From contig OZ249445.1 in the NCBI GenBank assembly GCA_965235115.1, positions 6,882,001-6,946,000 on the forward strand: a stretch of DNA of 64,000 bases. Direction: 5' to 3'. Shown here piece after piece: positions 51,601 to 63,950 of this stretch. Made by a program: the position numbers and the translations under genes. Under the pieces are notes generated by a model. That model made no database searches, had not been told where the DNA came from, and was given only the letters and a program-made list of their open reading frames with translations. The stretch comes from Laetmonice hystrix. Its lineage: Eukaryota. Numbering within the stretch: position 1 is the first letter of the stretch; each line of letters opens with the position of its first letter.

Positions 51601-52299
51601 TTTCTGGTGTGGTGGACTTAGATTTATTTATGTGAATGTAAGGTTGGCAATCAGTGAGTATGTAATATCTCAGCTTTAGTATACAGAATGTAAGCTGACC
51701 TATACTTGTCTGATAATGTCAGGTCTCCGTGCTGCAGAATGAAGGTTGTTTGGAGCTCCTCTTAATGAGGCCTTTGTAAATAATTTTCTCGGGTAGTTAC
51801 CTCCACCAGAGAACCTGAGGCTTCTACCTGTCTCTCATCAGAAATCACTGGCCGAGAAGATGAAGTGGTTGGGGAGAGATTGCAACCACTCAGGTAGAAC
51901 CCCTGTCAGCTGGGGTACACCTGGAGGTTGTTATCAGTGGTCCTCTGGACCAAGCTATACTGCCGACAGCGCCCCCTGGTCCAATTTTTGACGCCGACCC
52001 GACAGTAACATTACGCTTCAACGTAATCATGGCAAACTACCCGGGCCTGGACGCCAGCGTTCAGTGAGAACGCTTGCATTATGATCACGTTACTGAACCT
52101 GTACCATTCAGTTGTATATTTAGCTTGTATTTTTGTCTCTCCAAGTACAGATCTTTTTTTCTATCCTTCACTCCACTTACACCTTATCCTGAGCCCCAGT
52201 GAAACTCGAGACGTTCAAAATTCAACCCACTGCAGAGAGTTGTTATTCTGACATTTGGGGCCAGAAGTAACAAAAAGTATCAGTAGTACCGTAGTTTGG

Positions 52300-52900
52300 T
52301 CGGTGGGTCGCCTGGCGGGAGCACGGGCACGCCCTCTGTGGGCCACGCCAGGAGTTGGTTCATCACTGACACCTGTGCGAACACAACAGTCGCCCACACA
52401 AACATGAAGAATATTATGGTTTATATGGACGGCGGGGCTGGAAGATCAAAGCATACAACTTTTGGTTGAAGCTGGGGTGATCAAGACCAAGTGCTGGCAC
52501 AATCAATTTCACAGTTACCGTCAACAAAGAACGGGGCTGCTGTGAACTTGTGAAATATCTCAAAGTATGCTTTCATTTGACTGCCGGGAATCCCCTAACC
52601 TCCCTTCCGGGGTCAGGCTGCACGTGTGCGGCGGTGAGCCGCCACCTAGCTGGACCATGCTGCACGTGATCTGTAAACACATCTGTCTTCATCAATATCG
52701 TTCCTGACTGCCTGCCGACAGCAACATCTAAACACCCTCCACCCGCTCCCCTACCTGACACTGGGGTAGCGGGCCTCCTACAGGCAATCTGCGGTCTGTT
52801 ATAACAATTACTTTGTCACGGATCCTCACTCTGGCAATCTGAGCAACTGTCAACACTCCAATAACATCTATCTCGTCAGAGAAAAATCTACAGAATTACC
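52300..52900 (-). mobile_element. LINE (L2/Rex-like) endonuclease relic
   Basis: Minus ORF 52573-52761 GRGAGGGCL...QPDPGREV (cf. GGGV..RPxxLPREF), then FFVDGN (cf. AGDFN). Confidence 0.4.
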
Positions 52901-53149
52901 CTTTCTGATACCAAATCTTGAATCAGTACGTATAAATCTGAAACACGAGTTACACGTCTTCCACGTATACATGAAATATAAATGTGTATACAGCAACTAA
53001 ATATTTATGTCTAGTTAAGGGGAAATTGCTTTAAATCATGTCTATACGTTTATCAACAACCCCTACTCCTCTGGTAGAGTCATCTCCATGATAAAGGCTT
53101 TACTTCTCTTCCAGATAAAACCACTTGTGAGTAATATATCCCATTACAA

Positions 53150-55750
53150 TTTTATCGAAAGCCTCTTTCTTTCAGAAAACAATACTGATAGGTGATAATA
53201 AAGTCCTGCAGTACGGCAGACAGACAGACAGACCGTAAATATCGGCAAGTTGAGGAGCACACACATTAAGCGATGTGTTTTCTATTCCCCCAGTAGGTGT
53301 TCCTATTATTTGTCTTTTGCCCCCATCTCGCCGCGGGAGGTTTGTGTACGCTGGGAACCCTACCCCAAACTGATACCTATCTTGTTTTCTCACACACCCC
53401 CAGCCCATGATAATATTTACCCTCATACCAATCACTGACGGAGAAGCCCTAATTTTTCCCTCAGATTCCCCTTGGACATTCCACACTGGAGGAGCCGTGT
53501 TTTTATCGATGTTATTCTCCAAGTCGATATCAGTGGCAGTCGCGAGGAAGATTTCATGCCTCAGGTGAACTAGTAACAGTCCACTGTATCGGAAAACACT
53601 GGCTCAATGTGGATTAGAAGAGCTATAATCCCCGCTAGAGTTAAATCCACAGATAATTCCCTTCAGCAGTTGCTGAGGCTCGGTCAATGATGAGCTATTT
53701 GCACTGTTTAAACCCGGCCCCTCGCAGACTTCGTGGCCTTGCAGGAAAACCTGCAGGCAAAGTCGGAAGCTGCCAACAGTTGGAAAACAAGTCTGCCAAG
53801 TACCAAAGTACCCTTCAAAATAAGCCAACTCAGGCTGGACAAGTGAACTGTGTGACATAAACAGATGGGGCAAGTGACTCCAAGCCAATCTCGGAGCGAG
53901 TTCAAGTACCGTGTTCCCGTACACACGTACTGGGATACTGACGTGAGAGGGAACTTTGAAGACTCAATTTTCTTTAAATGAAAATTAAGTCTAGGTCCGT
54001 TTTCTAGTTCTGTGATTGATTATGACAATATGCTAAGTTCTTGGTCTTGGTCTGACTTGGGTACAGGGTATAAGTCCCTGACTGGCTGTACCACTATGAC
54101 CTTATACAAGACGAGTTCCCTGGTTCATCACTGAGATGATGAAGCAGGGTCTGGTCTGGTCTGGTCATGTTTCTAACATGTCCTGATTACTAGAAGACGA
54201 CCCCGTTTTCACACATGGCCGTCAAACACAAAGTGGGATCGGGAGATAGATTAGACGGCTGGGCGGCGCCGGCCTACCGGACACGGCCGGCCTGCCGGAC
54301 ACGGCCGGCCTGCCGGACACGGCCGGCCTGCCTGACGATAGTACGTGTTTATCGTGATCCTCATCACAAGACACAACACCTAGATTATAACCTACTCCTA
54401 GCAGATCAATACTCCCAACCCGATCTCCATCCCACCTCCAGTCAAGGCTCTCCTTCCACCCTTCATCTGGTTGGTAAATCTCTCCCACCTTCATCGATCT
54501 GATTCACTCTCATACCATCATCCACATACCCCAAACACATTTAATCCATTGCCCTAATCATTATTTGCCAATACCCTAATTACTTTCCTTTCAAGTTATC
54601 TTCTGGATACTTACATTTACTAGTTTCTCCAAAAAAAAGTAGTGACACTGGAGTTGAGAGAACTTCTTACCCATCAGACTGACTTTGGACACCCCTGCCC
54701 TCGGTCATCAAAGTGAAAGGTACTTATAGAACACAACTGGCGAGTTCCAGGACTCTGACTTATGTCCGAGTCATTATCTATTATAGTAGATCCTCAGTGT
54801 TTATATTACGGCGATATACACGTACACACACTCTCCTTTCTCCCCGCCACATCTCAACCCTGGTCTATCTGACATACAGGGGGTTTCCCCATAGTTCATA
54901 ACAAGCCTATCACATTACCTCACCTATCACTGAGGAATTGAGGAGAAATAATATGGATCCTTATCACTGATTAAAACAATAACTTCAGAGTTCTACTCAC
55001 ACAGTAAATCCAAGTAATCGACATAAATTACCGTGCAATATTTCAATGAAAGGGCAAATATTAATATTTGTTGAAGATTCGGTCGGGACTGATTTGATGG
55101 TGGTACTCGTGCTGCCTGATAACATGACAGGAGGGAGGGATGTTGGAGCGGGTGTTGGGAGTGATCCCAGATAAGTGATGTGATATTGATGCGGACAGTG
55201 ATGGACACCCCAGGAGGCTGACTGCTCCCACGTGTGTGGTTGGGGTCGGAGATGACCATCAGAGTTCAGAGTGCGGCTGTGGTCCGCCGGCAGGGTTAGA
55301 TCTGGATGGCTGTAGGAGGTAGGGGCGGGGTAAGGGCAGAGAATGTCCGGCACCCAGCCAAGTGGTGGCTCCGGCAGGTGAGGCTGCTCCTCCAGTCAGG
55401 GGGTTAGATTAGTGCAGTCAAGTGGAGGCACGTGTTCCTGGAGCAGGCTTGACTGGCTGGCTCCTCCTGCTACTCCTCCAGGGCCAGGGATCCAAACACA
55501 AACACGGCACTGGGGGCAGTGGATGCCGCGGGGCTCCCACTAACAGCCAATCTACCGGCATTCCCCCGTCCCGGCCCCATCCAGGCGGAGAACTCAGTCA
55601 TCAAGAGAACCGCCCGGGACAAGGACTCCGGTGTAAGAACAATAATCCCCATTTCATGCCCCGCCAGCTGTACTTGTGTATATAAGCTCCCCTCAAACAG
55701 AACCAAAAACTACAAGGTGGAAAAACCATGTGTTCATCAGGTAGGCTCCT
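53150..55750 (-). mobile_element. Decayed CR1/Rex-like LINE (PHD?-EN-linker-RT start), with an 18-bp x3 repeat at about 54277-54335
   Basis: Minus strand CSFWF..KW (PHD-like, about 55650-55720), SDRPGLRCGG..CVYVYI, VGEIYQP, SFRLC..GFNSSGD, GGIENTSLNVCAPQLA (53246-53295, cf. DGIxxxxLKxCAxQL), in the expected order. Confidence 0.58.
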
Positions 55751-56046
55751 GTGGGCCCACGCCCGGCTGGAGCGCTTCCTTCAACATTTGCCTGTTGGTT
55801 CACCTGGGGACTGGAGGCCTGCGGGCACCGATTTGTATATTGGGTTGCTGTGTTTGAGTTACTCTACTATCAAACCCCCAACACTTGATGACCACGTGCA
55901 GAACGTGTGGTTTGATGATGCCCTCATGTCACCCCGCCCCCCTTTGTTTAACGTACCCTAAACCTAACCCATCCTCAGTACAAACCCTGATCAGTAGACA
56001 TCCCGCTCACATATTGACAGGTTCAACCTTTCTGTTACAGAGCGCA

Positions 56047-57783
56047 ATGTCGGGACAGCTGGAGCCGAACTACTGTGCCATCCGTGATTACCACCCACAG
56101 CATGACGGCGAGATTGAGTTGGTAGCTGGGGACTCTATCACCAACGTCAAGGACCTCACCAACGGCTGGATGTTAGGGCGGAACGCCACCAGGGACACGG
56201 TCGGAATCTTCCCGAGTCACCTCATCATCCCGGAGAACCCGGGCGTCACCGCCGACAGTCCACCTCCTGGCCTGGGGCGGGATGGTATGAAACCTCGCAA
56301 ACCAAGCGGTCCACTGGTTGACATCACTGACATTCCGTCGTTTGATCCAAACGATCTGCCTCCTCCTCCTCCAGAAGAAGATCTGATCATTACACCTGAA
56401 CTTGTCCCTCCACCACAGATTCCTGTGTATGACCGCGGCCCAGTGAACGCTGCACCAAAACCGCCCTACTCGGGCACGTATGAGAAACTTGGGTCGGGGG
56501 TCAAACGACGTAAAAGTAAAGAAAAGGGAGACCGGGACAAGCAAAACAGGGATCCTAATTTGAATCCCGAATCCCCGGATGAGCCCGATTATTTGACCAG
56601 TTCTTTACCGAGCCCACGTAAGATCCGTTATAACCGGAACCCTCCCAAACCACACATGTTTGTCCGACCCAATACCGGCAAGAACATTTTCCGTCAACCG
56701 TCGGATACGTCTGTGAAAGGGGCCACGTCAGAGAGTGACCTTCAGGGGAGTCCTGAGGAGTGTCGGGCCCGTACATACAGCAATCCTTCCTGTCAGTCGA
56801 CCCCCACACCCACTCGTACACGGACCAGTGCCCCACCTGGACAACTCCCCAACATTAACAGTGAAGAGTTCATGATGGGGGAAAGTTCGGATCAGGATTC
56901 GCCTATCAACCGGCGCGGCAGTTCTGGAGCTACCATCATTGCAAACGTGAGTCCAGAACAGGATATTACTGCTGGAGATTACGTTCCTCAAATCACACCG
57001 GCAGTCGTCCATCCCAGCCTGGAGTCGTCAGAACGTCAGAACATGACCAACGAAAACATCACTCGCTGCACTCCTCCCACAGACCACAAGGAGCCCAAAC
57101 AACAGTTTTACAGTGACTACAGGACTCTTGAATGTCCTGTGGCTGAAAAAACTCCACCTGTACAAAAACGTTTCAAGCCAATTCTGAAAAACCGGCATGC
57201 TCATGCCCCGTATGGTCCCCCGCATCAGAAGGCCAATGAGATCTGTTATCGTGACGAGCACGAGTCGAAGAGGTCATTCCGACTCGTGTGTTCTGTCCTT
57301 GCCGGGTTACTGTTTGGCTTTGTGCTCTTCCTCTGGATGTACTTCGCCCTGGAATACTCCTTCATGATCGCACTGCTCACAGGAATCGGTATCGCCCTTC
57401 TCGCCATGCTGGCATTCGCTGTGTCACGTCTATGTCGTACGATCGGAGCTTTACTTGTACCAAGTGTTTGCACTACGAGAGGACGTATTGCATTCTTGGT
57501 ACTAATAACTGGGTTCTTGCTGGACGGTCCCATCACCAACATTTACGTTAACATGGGTGAGGTGTCCCGAGCCATGAGCTGCAGCGCTGAGCAGTCTTAC
57601 AACCAGAGTATGCTCCTGCTGCAGCCGTTTGATGCCATGATGGAGAACCTCAACCACACGGTCAGACGACTTCAACAGGCCGCACATAACGTCGGTGTTG
57701 GGCTCTCACCTCTCGACAGCGGACTCAATCTGGTGGAACTCGACCTCTACAGTGCTAACCTCGAACTCACTGGAACAGCTAAG
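56047..57783 (+). CDS. Coding exon 1: SH3 domain, Pro-rich/disordered linker, first TM helices and start of the large Cys-containing loop
   Basis: ATG at 56047 just after acceptor ttctgttacag|agc (56040/56041). SH3 signature YCAIRDYHPQHDGEIELVAGDSITNVKDLTNGWMLGRN...VGIFPSHLI. Donor AAG|gtaatt at 57783/57784, phase 0. Confidence 0.88.
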
Positions 57784-60700
57784 GTAATTTAAGTCTCTAT
57801 TTCATCAAGTATGAAATTAGTATAATGAGATATCTCCTTCCCTGAGTCATGAAGGCTCCACGTAAATTGAACATAGCAAACTGAGTAATCCTAGACCCAG
57901 AATCCAACCTTGCCAGAGATTTCAGCTGGATGTTCTCTTACTATTTTAGGGGGCACATATGTGAAACTCCACAAAAAATGTATATTAATGTACAAACATG
58001 TAGGCAAAGGCCGAGGGTTTCTGATACCTCCTCTATCATGCCACCCCCTACTGGAACTTTCTATCTTTGTGTCCCTCAATGCGAGTAGGTGCTCTCATAA
58101 TGTGATAGCGAGTGAAACGTTGCAGATAACGTCCTGTTTACATGTTCCCATCACAAATCACTGGAATTCTACAGAGTTCAACCACTAGCCTACTTCTAGT
58201 GTAATGATAGGGATGGGGCAGGACTCAGCGCCCTCGGTGGCGCTGGCCCTGGGCGGCCCACCTGGCCGGAGTGTGGCCCTGTCAGTGGTACCAAGTGTGG
58301 CCGCTGTCAGTGGTACCGATAACAGGTTAGCTATCAGTCTCTATCCAAATCTACCACCACCACCACTACTGATACTCGGCTATCGTTCTCCACCGTCAAA
58401 CATAGCTCCCTCAGCTGGCTGGCGAAAACCTTGAACTTAACCACGCACTTGTATGAAGTACGGACAAATTGTTCTCCATGAAATATCCGAGTACATTGTA
58501 CATGAGTCATACTGAAACCAGGATGTCCATGGAGTTTTCTTAGAAAGCACGTGCACTGACTCAAAATGAAACTGTTTTGCTTTAGAACTTACATATCTGA
58601 TACCCATGTTTCATATTGAATGTGAATGGGCAGAATGTAAGATATATTGCCGTAAATACGAATGTTTTAACTTAATTTTACTCTAGATTCTGGGTAGTAG
58701 CGTGTGAACAGGTGTTATATGTCTAGAGCCAAACTCATGTCAGACAGAATGTTGATGATATCATCAGCAGCTCCAAACGTTGAATTCCAAACTTAAGTTG
58801 TTCAAGACGGACCAACACAGTTGTGAAAACGCCCCTTCTCCGCGTCCAGACAATATGTAACTGTCACCACGCCCACTTACTGGGCTGCAGTCTACAGCTA
58901 TAATCAATCAGGAATCACACAGTGCATTCACAAACGTCACCTCTGGGTCATTTCACTCAAACTGGGCGCAGGAAATCCCAATAGTTCTGTTTGCTTGAGT
59001 CAGAGCGACGACTCCAGCTCAAATAGCTGATACCCTGCCGCCGTCATCAAGCCACTGCAAGCCCGCCTCGATCTTAATTACTCTTCAGTGGCGTGTTTTT
59101 CACACTGATGCCATAACAAATCTTTATGGAACAAAGTCATCCAGAACTACAAACACCCCATAGATTTATCTCTCTGCGGGCTATGAACAAAAACAGCTAC
59201 AGTTCCTTGCTCCTTTGCTTCTGTCCCATCAACACAATTTACACTTTATTGACTGTGACGGGGTTCAAACACTAGCAATATTGACTTAAAGCGCGGACTT
59301 AGGGGCCGCCCGACACAACCTTCAATTAGTCATTGAACATTCCACACCTTGGAGGAGAATCCAACTCGGGAGTTATAAATACTAGAGGCCGCCATCGATT
59401 TTTTTCTGGAGATATCAGACAGATAACAAAAGGAGGGTAACGAGGTGCTGGCGGCCCTCACTAGTTCCTGTGTTGGCCTCCAGGAGGCAGGCCAGCAGTT
59501 AGCCTCTCTATCTCCGGAGATAATTTGTCGTGTTACACAAAACCGAACAATTCTCAGCCAACATGGGGTCTGGATGAACGGACAAACGTTCTTCTGTGTA
59601 GGTCTGCTGGAGCGGGATTTATGAATTCATCTGAGGGGGAAGGAATAGGCAAAGGTCGGCTGTCTTCATGAATTCAACTTCAATTTGCGGTTGGGGTCTG
59701 TGTTTCTGAACATGAAGATTTACATGAATAACCATAATAGAAAATGTTTCTGGGATACTATCCTTGACATTCTCTCACAATTCTCAATCCAAGCTGTATC
59801 ACCTGGGGTGCTATAACGTAAATCCCTCTCAGGTATAGGACATATTTAGACAGCCCAATTTCCCCCAATTACTTCCAGCGTTCAATCTCTCCCGAGGGGA
59901 TGGCTTCAAATTGGTTTCCATTTACCTTCAATGGCACCAACTCCAACAGCCAAACTGCACTCCAAGGGCTCGATGGAAATGGCATTACAGTGTTTTCTCA
60001 TGTTCACTGAATTACACCCATTTCTGTGTCTCGCTCACAAGTCACAGCTCAGGCGACTTGCAGGTTCCCTCAAAGAGATATACAGTTCACCAGTTGCATA
60101 TCTACGTTGAGGGTTTGATAACATCTGTAAAATAAATTCCTTTCTGTCACTGGATTATCTGACAACTGCGAATTAACCTTATGGGTGCAAATCACGGCTG
60201 AGCATGGCCTCAGTGGCTGACTCTTCTCAGATCTACAATTTGTTTTCTCCCTAGATTTTCCTGCTGATCGTTTCCCGTAGATTCGGTTGTCATCATTCTT
60301 ACATTATTAGTACGGTATTACAGTTGTTCATTGCCTGTCCTGTTGGTGTTGTCCATCAGACGTGCCGGAACCTGATAGACACAGCGTTCGCCGACTGCGG
60401 TGAGGGTATCGAGGCGGCCAAGAACCAATGTCTGGGTGTGATTGGTACACTGGGTACTGTCTATCACCACGCTCGAGACGTCCTCGACAGGATCAACCCG
60501 GACCGCTGGGCCCCCAAACAAACCATCAGTCTACAGAAACGGCAGGTGCTCTTCGGCAGGTACGAAAACAACGGCATGCTCATTTACTGCCTTCACTTCC
60601 TGTTAGTTGGCATGGGCTAGTATGCCTTGCTCTCATAGACAACCACTCCTGAAAGCCTACACAAACCCTTCTACTTCAGTCCTAACATGTTTATATTCTT

Positions 60701-62804
60701 CCCTCCCAAATTCTACTGCAGACTTTCCTCGGAAAATATTACATCTTGAAGGTTGATACCGGCATTTCAAGTTGGAAGGTCCTCTTCTATTCATACCCAC
60801 AGACTAAAGAACCTTTTGTCTAACAGGCAACCATATAAGACTGATTTTACTGAAAGATTTCAAACGTTGCAAGACTCCCTCCTGCAGGAACTGCTGCCCT
60901 CATCGTCTCACACAAATAATGCCGGTAGCTCTCTCTCTCCGAGGACCGATAAGTTTGGCCAGTTTGAGACGGACGGAGATGTTGGCTAATTAGCCTCCAT
61001 GCTCTGCCCAGTTTTTCTTGTTAAGAACCATATCTGAGGTCCCTGGCGGGGGGATGGGAGACGCCCTAAACACTGGGGTCATCGTCTGGAGCACAGGGCA
61101 GGCCCGTCTGATCAATAACCTATGAATACGATTACCATTTGACTCATAGAATGTTCATCATAGCCGTAGCATTGTTGCTGAGTCAGTAGTTCCGACCATT
61201 TACCCCCCCCCCCCCCCCTCCTTGTAAGCTGTCAACATCTTGAAGAACAAGTTGCTATAAATTGAGCCGAGGGCTGGTCATTTTGGCCACAGTTGAATGA
61301 TTACTTATTCTCGGTGTAGCACAGGTAAAAGAACTCTGCCGAACTCAAAGGTTACTGATTCACAGGTTCAATTGAAAGAAGATTTTGAATATGATTAGGC
61401 CTATTTCAAGTCAAATCATTAGTAATCATTATAATGGTGAACCTAATGGTGATTTGTTTGTGTTTCAGCGAGCTGGACAATATCCCTGAGAACGATCGTG
61501 ATATCTGTGAGCCGCTGGATATGTACACAGTATGTCAGAGTCTCAATGATTCCGACCTGCTGTGTCAACCGTCAGGCTGGGCCGGGGAGGCCATCCATGA
61601 CGCTGTCAATGCCACTCAGACAGCCATGAGACGATTACAGGCCACCTTACACTTTGAGATTAACCCGGAGCCCTACGTGAGCACGCGGATTAACGCCTCC
61701 AAGGTCTTGTACTCAGTCCGGCAGAAGGTGCACGACGAGTTCTATGGGCGTACGGCCTACTTCCATTACGTCATAGGAATTCTCATGAAAATAGTTCCGG
61801 TGGCATTGCTTTTACTGATCTATGTCTCATACCTCCACGTCAAGAGCTACGTGTCAAAGGATACATATGACAACGCCTATGTGACGCCACAATTCAAAAC
61901 GTTGGATCAGAAACGGTGCGAGTTTGCTGGTGAAAGTTTACTGCCGCTCAAGAAATTTGAAAGGAACTATTTGATTGACACGACGTTGTCTGAGCTGTCG
62001 CCCCCTGAGGACGGGTTATACCGACTTGGTCTCTGTGTCCTCTGTCTCCATCTCCTGGTGGCATTCCTCTGTTACATGTTCGACTACATCCTTTACTGGA
62101 TCCTGGCCATGATTCAGCGCCACAGTGACCCCAAGTATGACTTCACGGGCAAGGATAGTCTCCAACTGGTTGTCCTAGGCGAGGGCGTCATCACCGATCT
62201 CCTTCATGTCTTCCTCAAAGGTTTCCACCCGGCAAACCTCTTTGGTTACACTCTTGATCTTCACGTCTGCCTCCCCAACCCAACCCCGCCCTCTATCTTC
62301 CTTCTCCTCGTCATCTTCCTCCTCTACTTCGCCCTCATCCTCTCTATTCTCCTCAAGGCGTACATTCTCCGGTTCCGTAACCGCATCACTGCCTACTTCT
62401 ACCCGGAGCGGGAGAAGGCACGCGTCGTTCACCTTTACAATGTGGTGCTCAACCAGAGGTTCCGGATACCCAAACTACTCCAACTACGAGCCAAGGTGAA
62501 CAACCGCGAGAAGCAAACCCGCGAACAGATCAGCGTGTGTCACCGTATGGCGGCCAAGGTACCGTGGTGCCGGGTGTTTGTCTATAAGCAGGCCCGCTGT
62601 TTGGTGTGTGGCTGCGTGGAGGATCAGACTTTCCGGGACTGCCAGACGGAGCACTGTCAAGGCGTCTTCTGTGGCGAGTGTTTTGATGACCTTGCCAGAC
62701 TCTGTCCCATCTGTCACCAGGCCGAATACAGTGATGAGGAGGACTACGAGGAACTGGAAGATGACCTTCAGCCATACTGTAGGTCCAGCAAAATATACGT
62801 CTGA
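56047..62804 (+). CDS. Spliced gene (3 coding exons, about 1090 aa): SH3 + Pro-rich region + multi-pass DC-STAMP domain + C-terminal C4C4 RING-like finger; DCST1/DCST2-sneaky-SPE-42 family
   Basis: ORFs 55885-57792, 60324-60620 and 61434-62804 join through GT-AG introns with consistent phase (0 then 2). Family motifs seen: SRLCR..L.VP...RGR, GPITNIYVN...SRAMSCSAE, YDNAYVTPQF..LDQKR....LLPLKKFE, VCLPNPTPP, YFYPEREKARVVHLYN, CLVC..C..C..CGEC..CPIC. Confidence 0.9.
58850..59550 (-). mobile_element. DIRS-type RT relic inside intron 1 of the DC-STAMP-domain gene
   Basis: Minus strand LCRAAP, VFVVLDDFV (59129-59150, YLDD equivalent), ELLGF...TQ. Confidence 0.5.
60360..60559 (+). CDS. Coding exon 2 (Cys-rich loop: TCRNLIDTAFADCGEGIEAAKNQC...)
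   Basis: Pyrimidine-rich tract then catcag|ACG at 60359/60360 (phase 0); an alternative in-frame acceptor at 60323/60324 is possible. Donor GGCAG|gtacga at 60559 (phase 2) matches the exon 3 acceptor phase. Confidence 0.78.
61469..62804 (+). CDS. Coding exon 3: DC-STAMP domain, TM helices, C4C4 RING-like finger, acidic tail, stop
   Basis: Acceptor tttgtgtttcag|C at 61468/61469 completes codon AG+C (Ser) in the frame of ORF 61434-62804; TGA ends at 62804. Confidence 0.9.
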
Positions 62805-63099
62805 ACCACTGCGAGGCCCTGTTTGGATTTGTAAGCTTCGTTGGTCTTCTGTTTTGTTCCACTAGGACCAGGCTACTGAAATGAGGATGCTGTTAGGAAG
62901 CTAAAGTAAACATCTTCCCCGACAACTTGTTGAGTAGGGATGAGGTGGTGACATTGTACCTGGATTAGCGCAGTAAAAGGTGAGCAAACACCTGTTGGAT
63001 CTCACTGTACTATGTGACCGTCAGAACGACCAATCTCAACGTTCTGTTGTGGCAACCTCACTGCAACTAAATGATGGTTTTTTTAAAACAAACGTTTCG

Positions 63100-63950
63100 T
63101 CATAAAAGAGTGAACTGCAACATGTCACATGGGGTGGTGGAGTTTGCACTGAAGTAAAGTGGACCAAAAGGTCCTGTGGACCAGGAAATGTTGTGACCAG
63201 TCGACCAAGGTCAGAACCAAGGTCAGAACCAAGCCGGCAACTCTTGCCCTGAAAACAAGGTCAAGAGGCAGTGAAACACGAAAGCAGTTTGCCTGGTGGT
63301 CTGCATGTTCTTATTGAATCTACCATTAGAGGTGCAGCTTGCAGGGGTTAACCCTAATGGTGAGCCTGGTTGAGAGGGCAATTGACTTCGACATTTGAGG
63401 AAGATGCTGACCTGCCCAATCTACAACCAGACCAGCCTAAATGGAGGCAGTTGGGATCTAACATCAATACAACACCCGGCCGGGCCAATTGATCATCCTG
63501 GTTACAAGTTCTGACAACTGGAGTGGGAGTAAAATGTCGCGCCTCTCCGCTCCTGATTGACATATGCTGGCCGTGCCGGAGGTATTTGGTATGGACGAGT
63601 GGGGGTGGTCGGGCGATGTGCTCAGCTTACCGTGGTCAGTGCCGCCGGTCAGTAGTGGCCCGGCCGGACGGTGGCTCAAGCCGGCCTGGCGGGAGGGGCG
63701 TGCCGCAGTACGCAGCCATGTGGAATGTAGCCCGGGATATGTGATTACCACCTGGACACTGGCTAACAAGATTGGGACCCTGGAGAGGACGGCGGCGTCG
63801 ATGGCTGTACAGGAGGGGTTGTAACCTTCAGCAGGGACGGCCCCACAGGATGGGGCACTCAACACGTCTAACATTCTCCCCATCCTCAACTTGTAGGACC
63901 TACCGTAACTAACAATAGCCATCGGCTATTTTTGTTGGACATGATGGAAT
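63100..63950 (-). mobile_element. I/Nimb-like LINE endonuclease C-terminus and linker relic, downstream of the gene
   Basis: Minus ORF 63464-63922 YNPSCTAIDAAVLS (cf. PxxGxxSAIDLxxxS), and TTFPGPQD near 63175 (cf. SPGPD). Confidence 0.48.

Noticed and set aside
55885-56046. N-terminal 54-codon extension of the SH3 ORF
   Set aside because: Starts at a non-ATG codon, ends in a pyrimidine tract and AG acceptor at 56040, and has no protein-like features; probably intronic.
62175-62862. Minus-strand and alternative-frame ORFs over exon 3 (also 56173-57687 over exon 1)
   Set aside because: Shadow ORFs of the real CDS.
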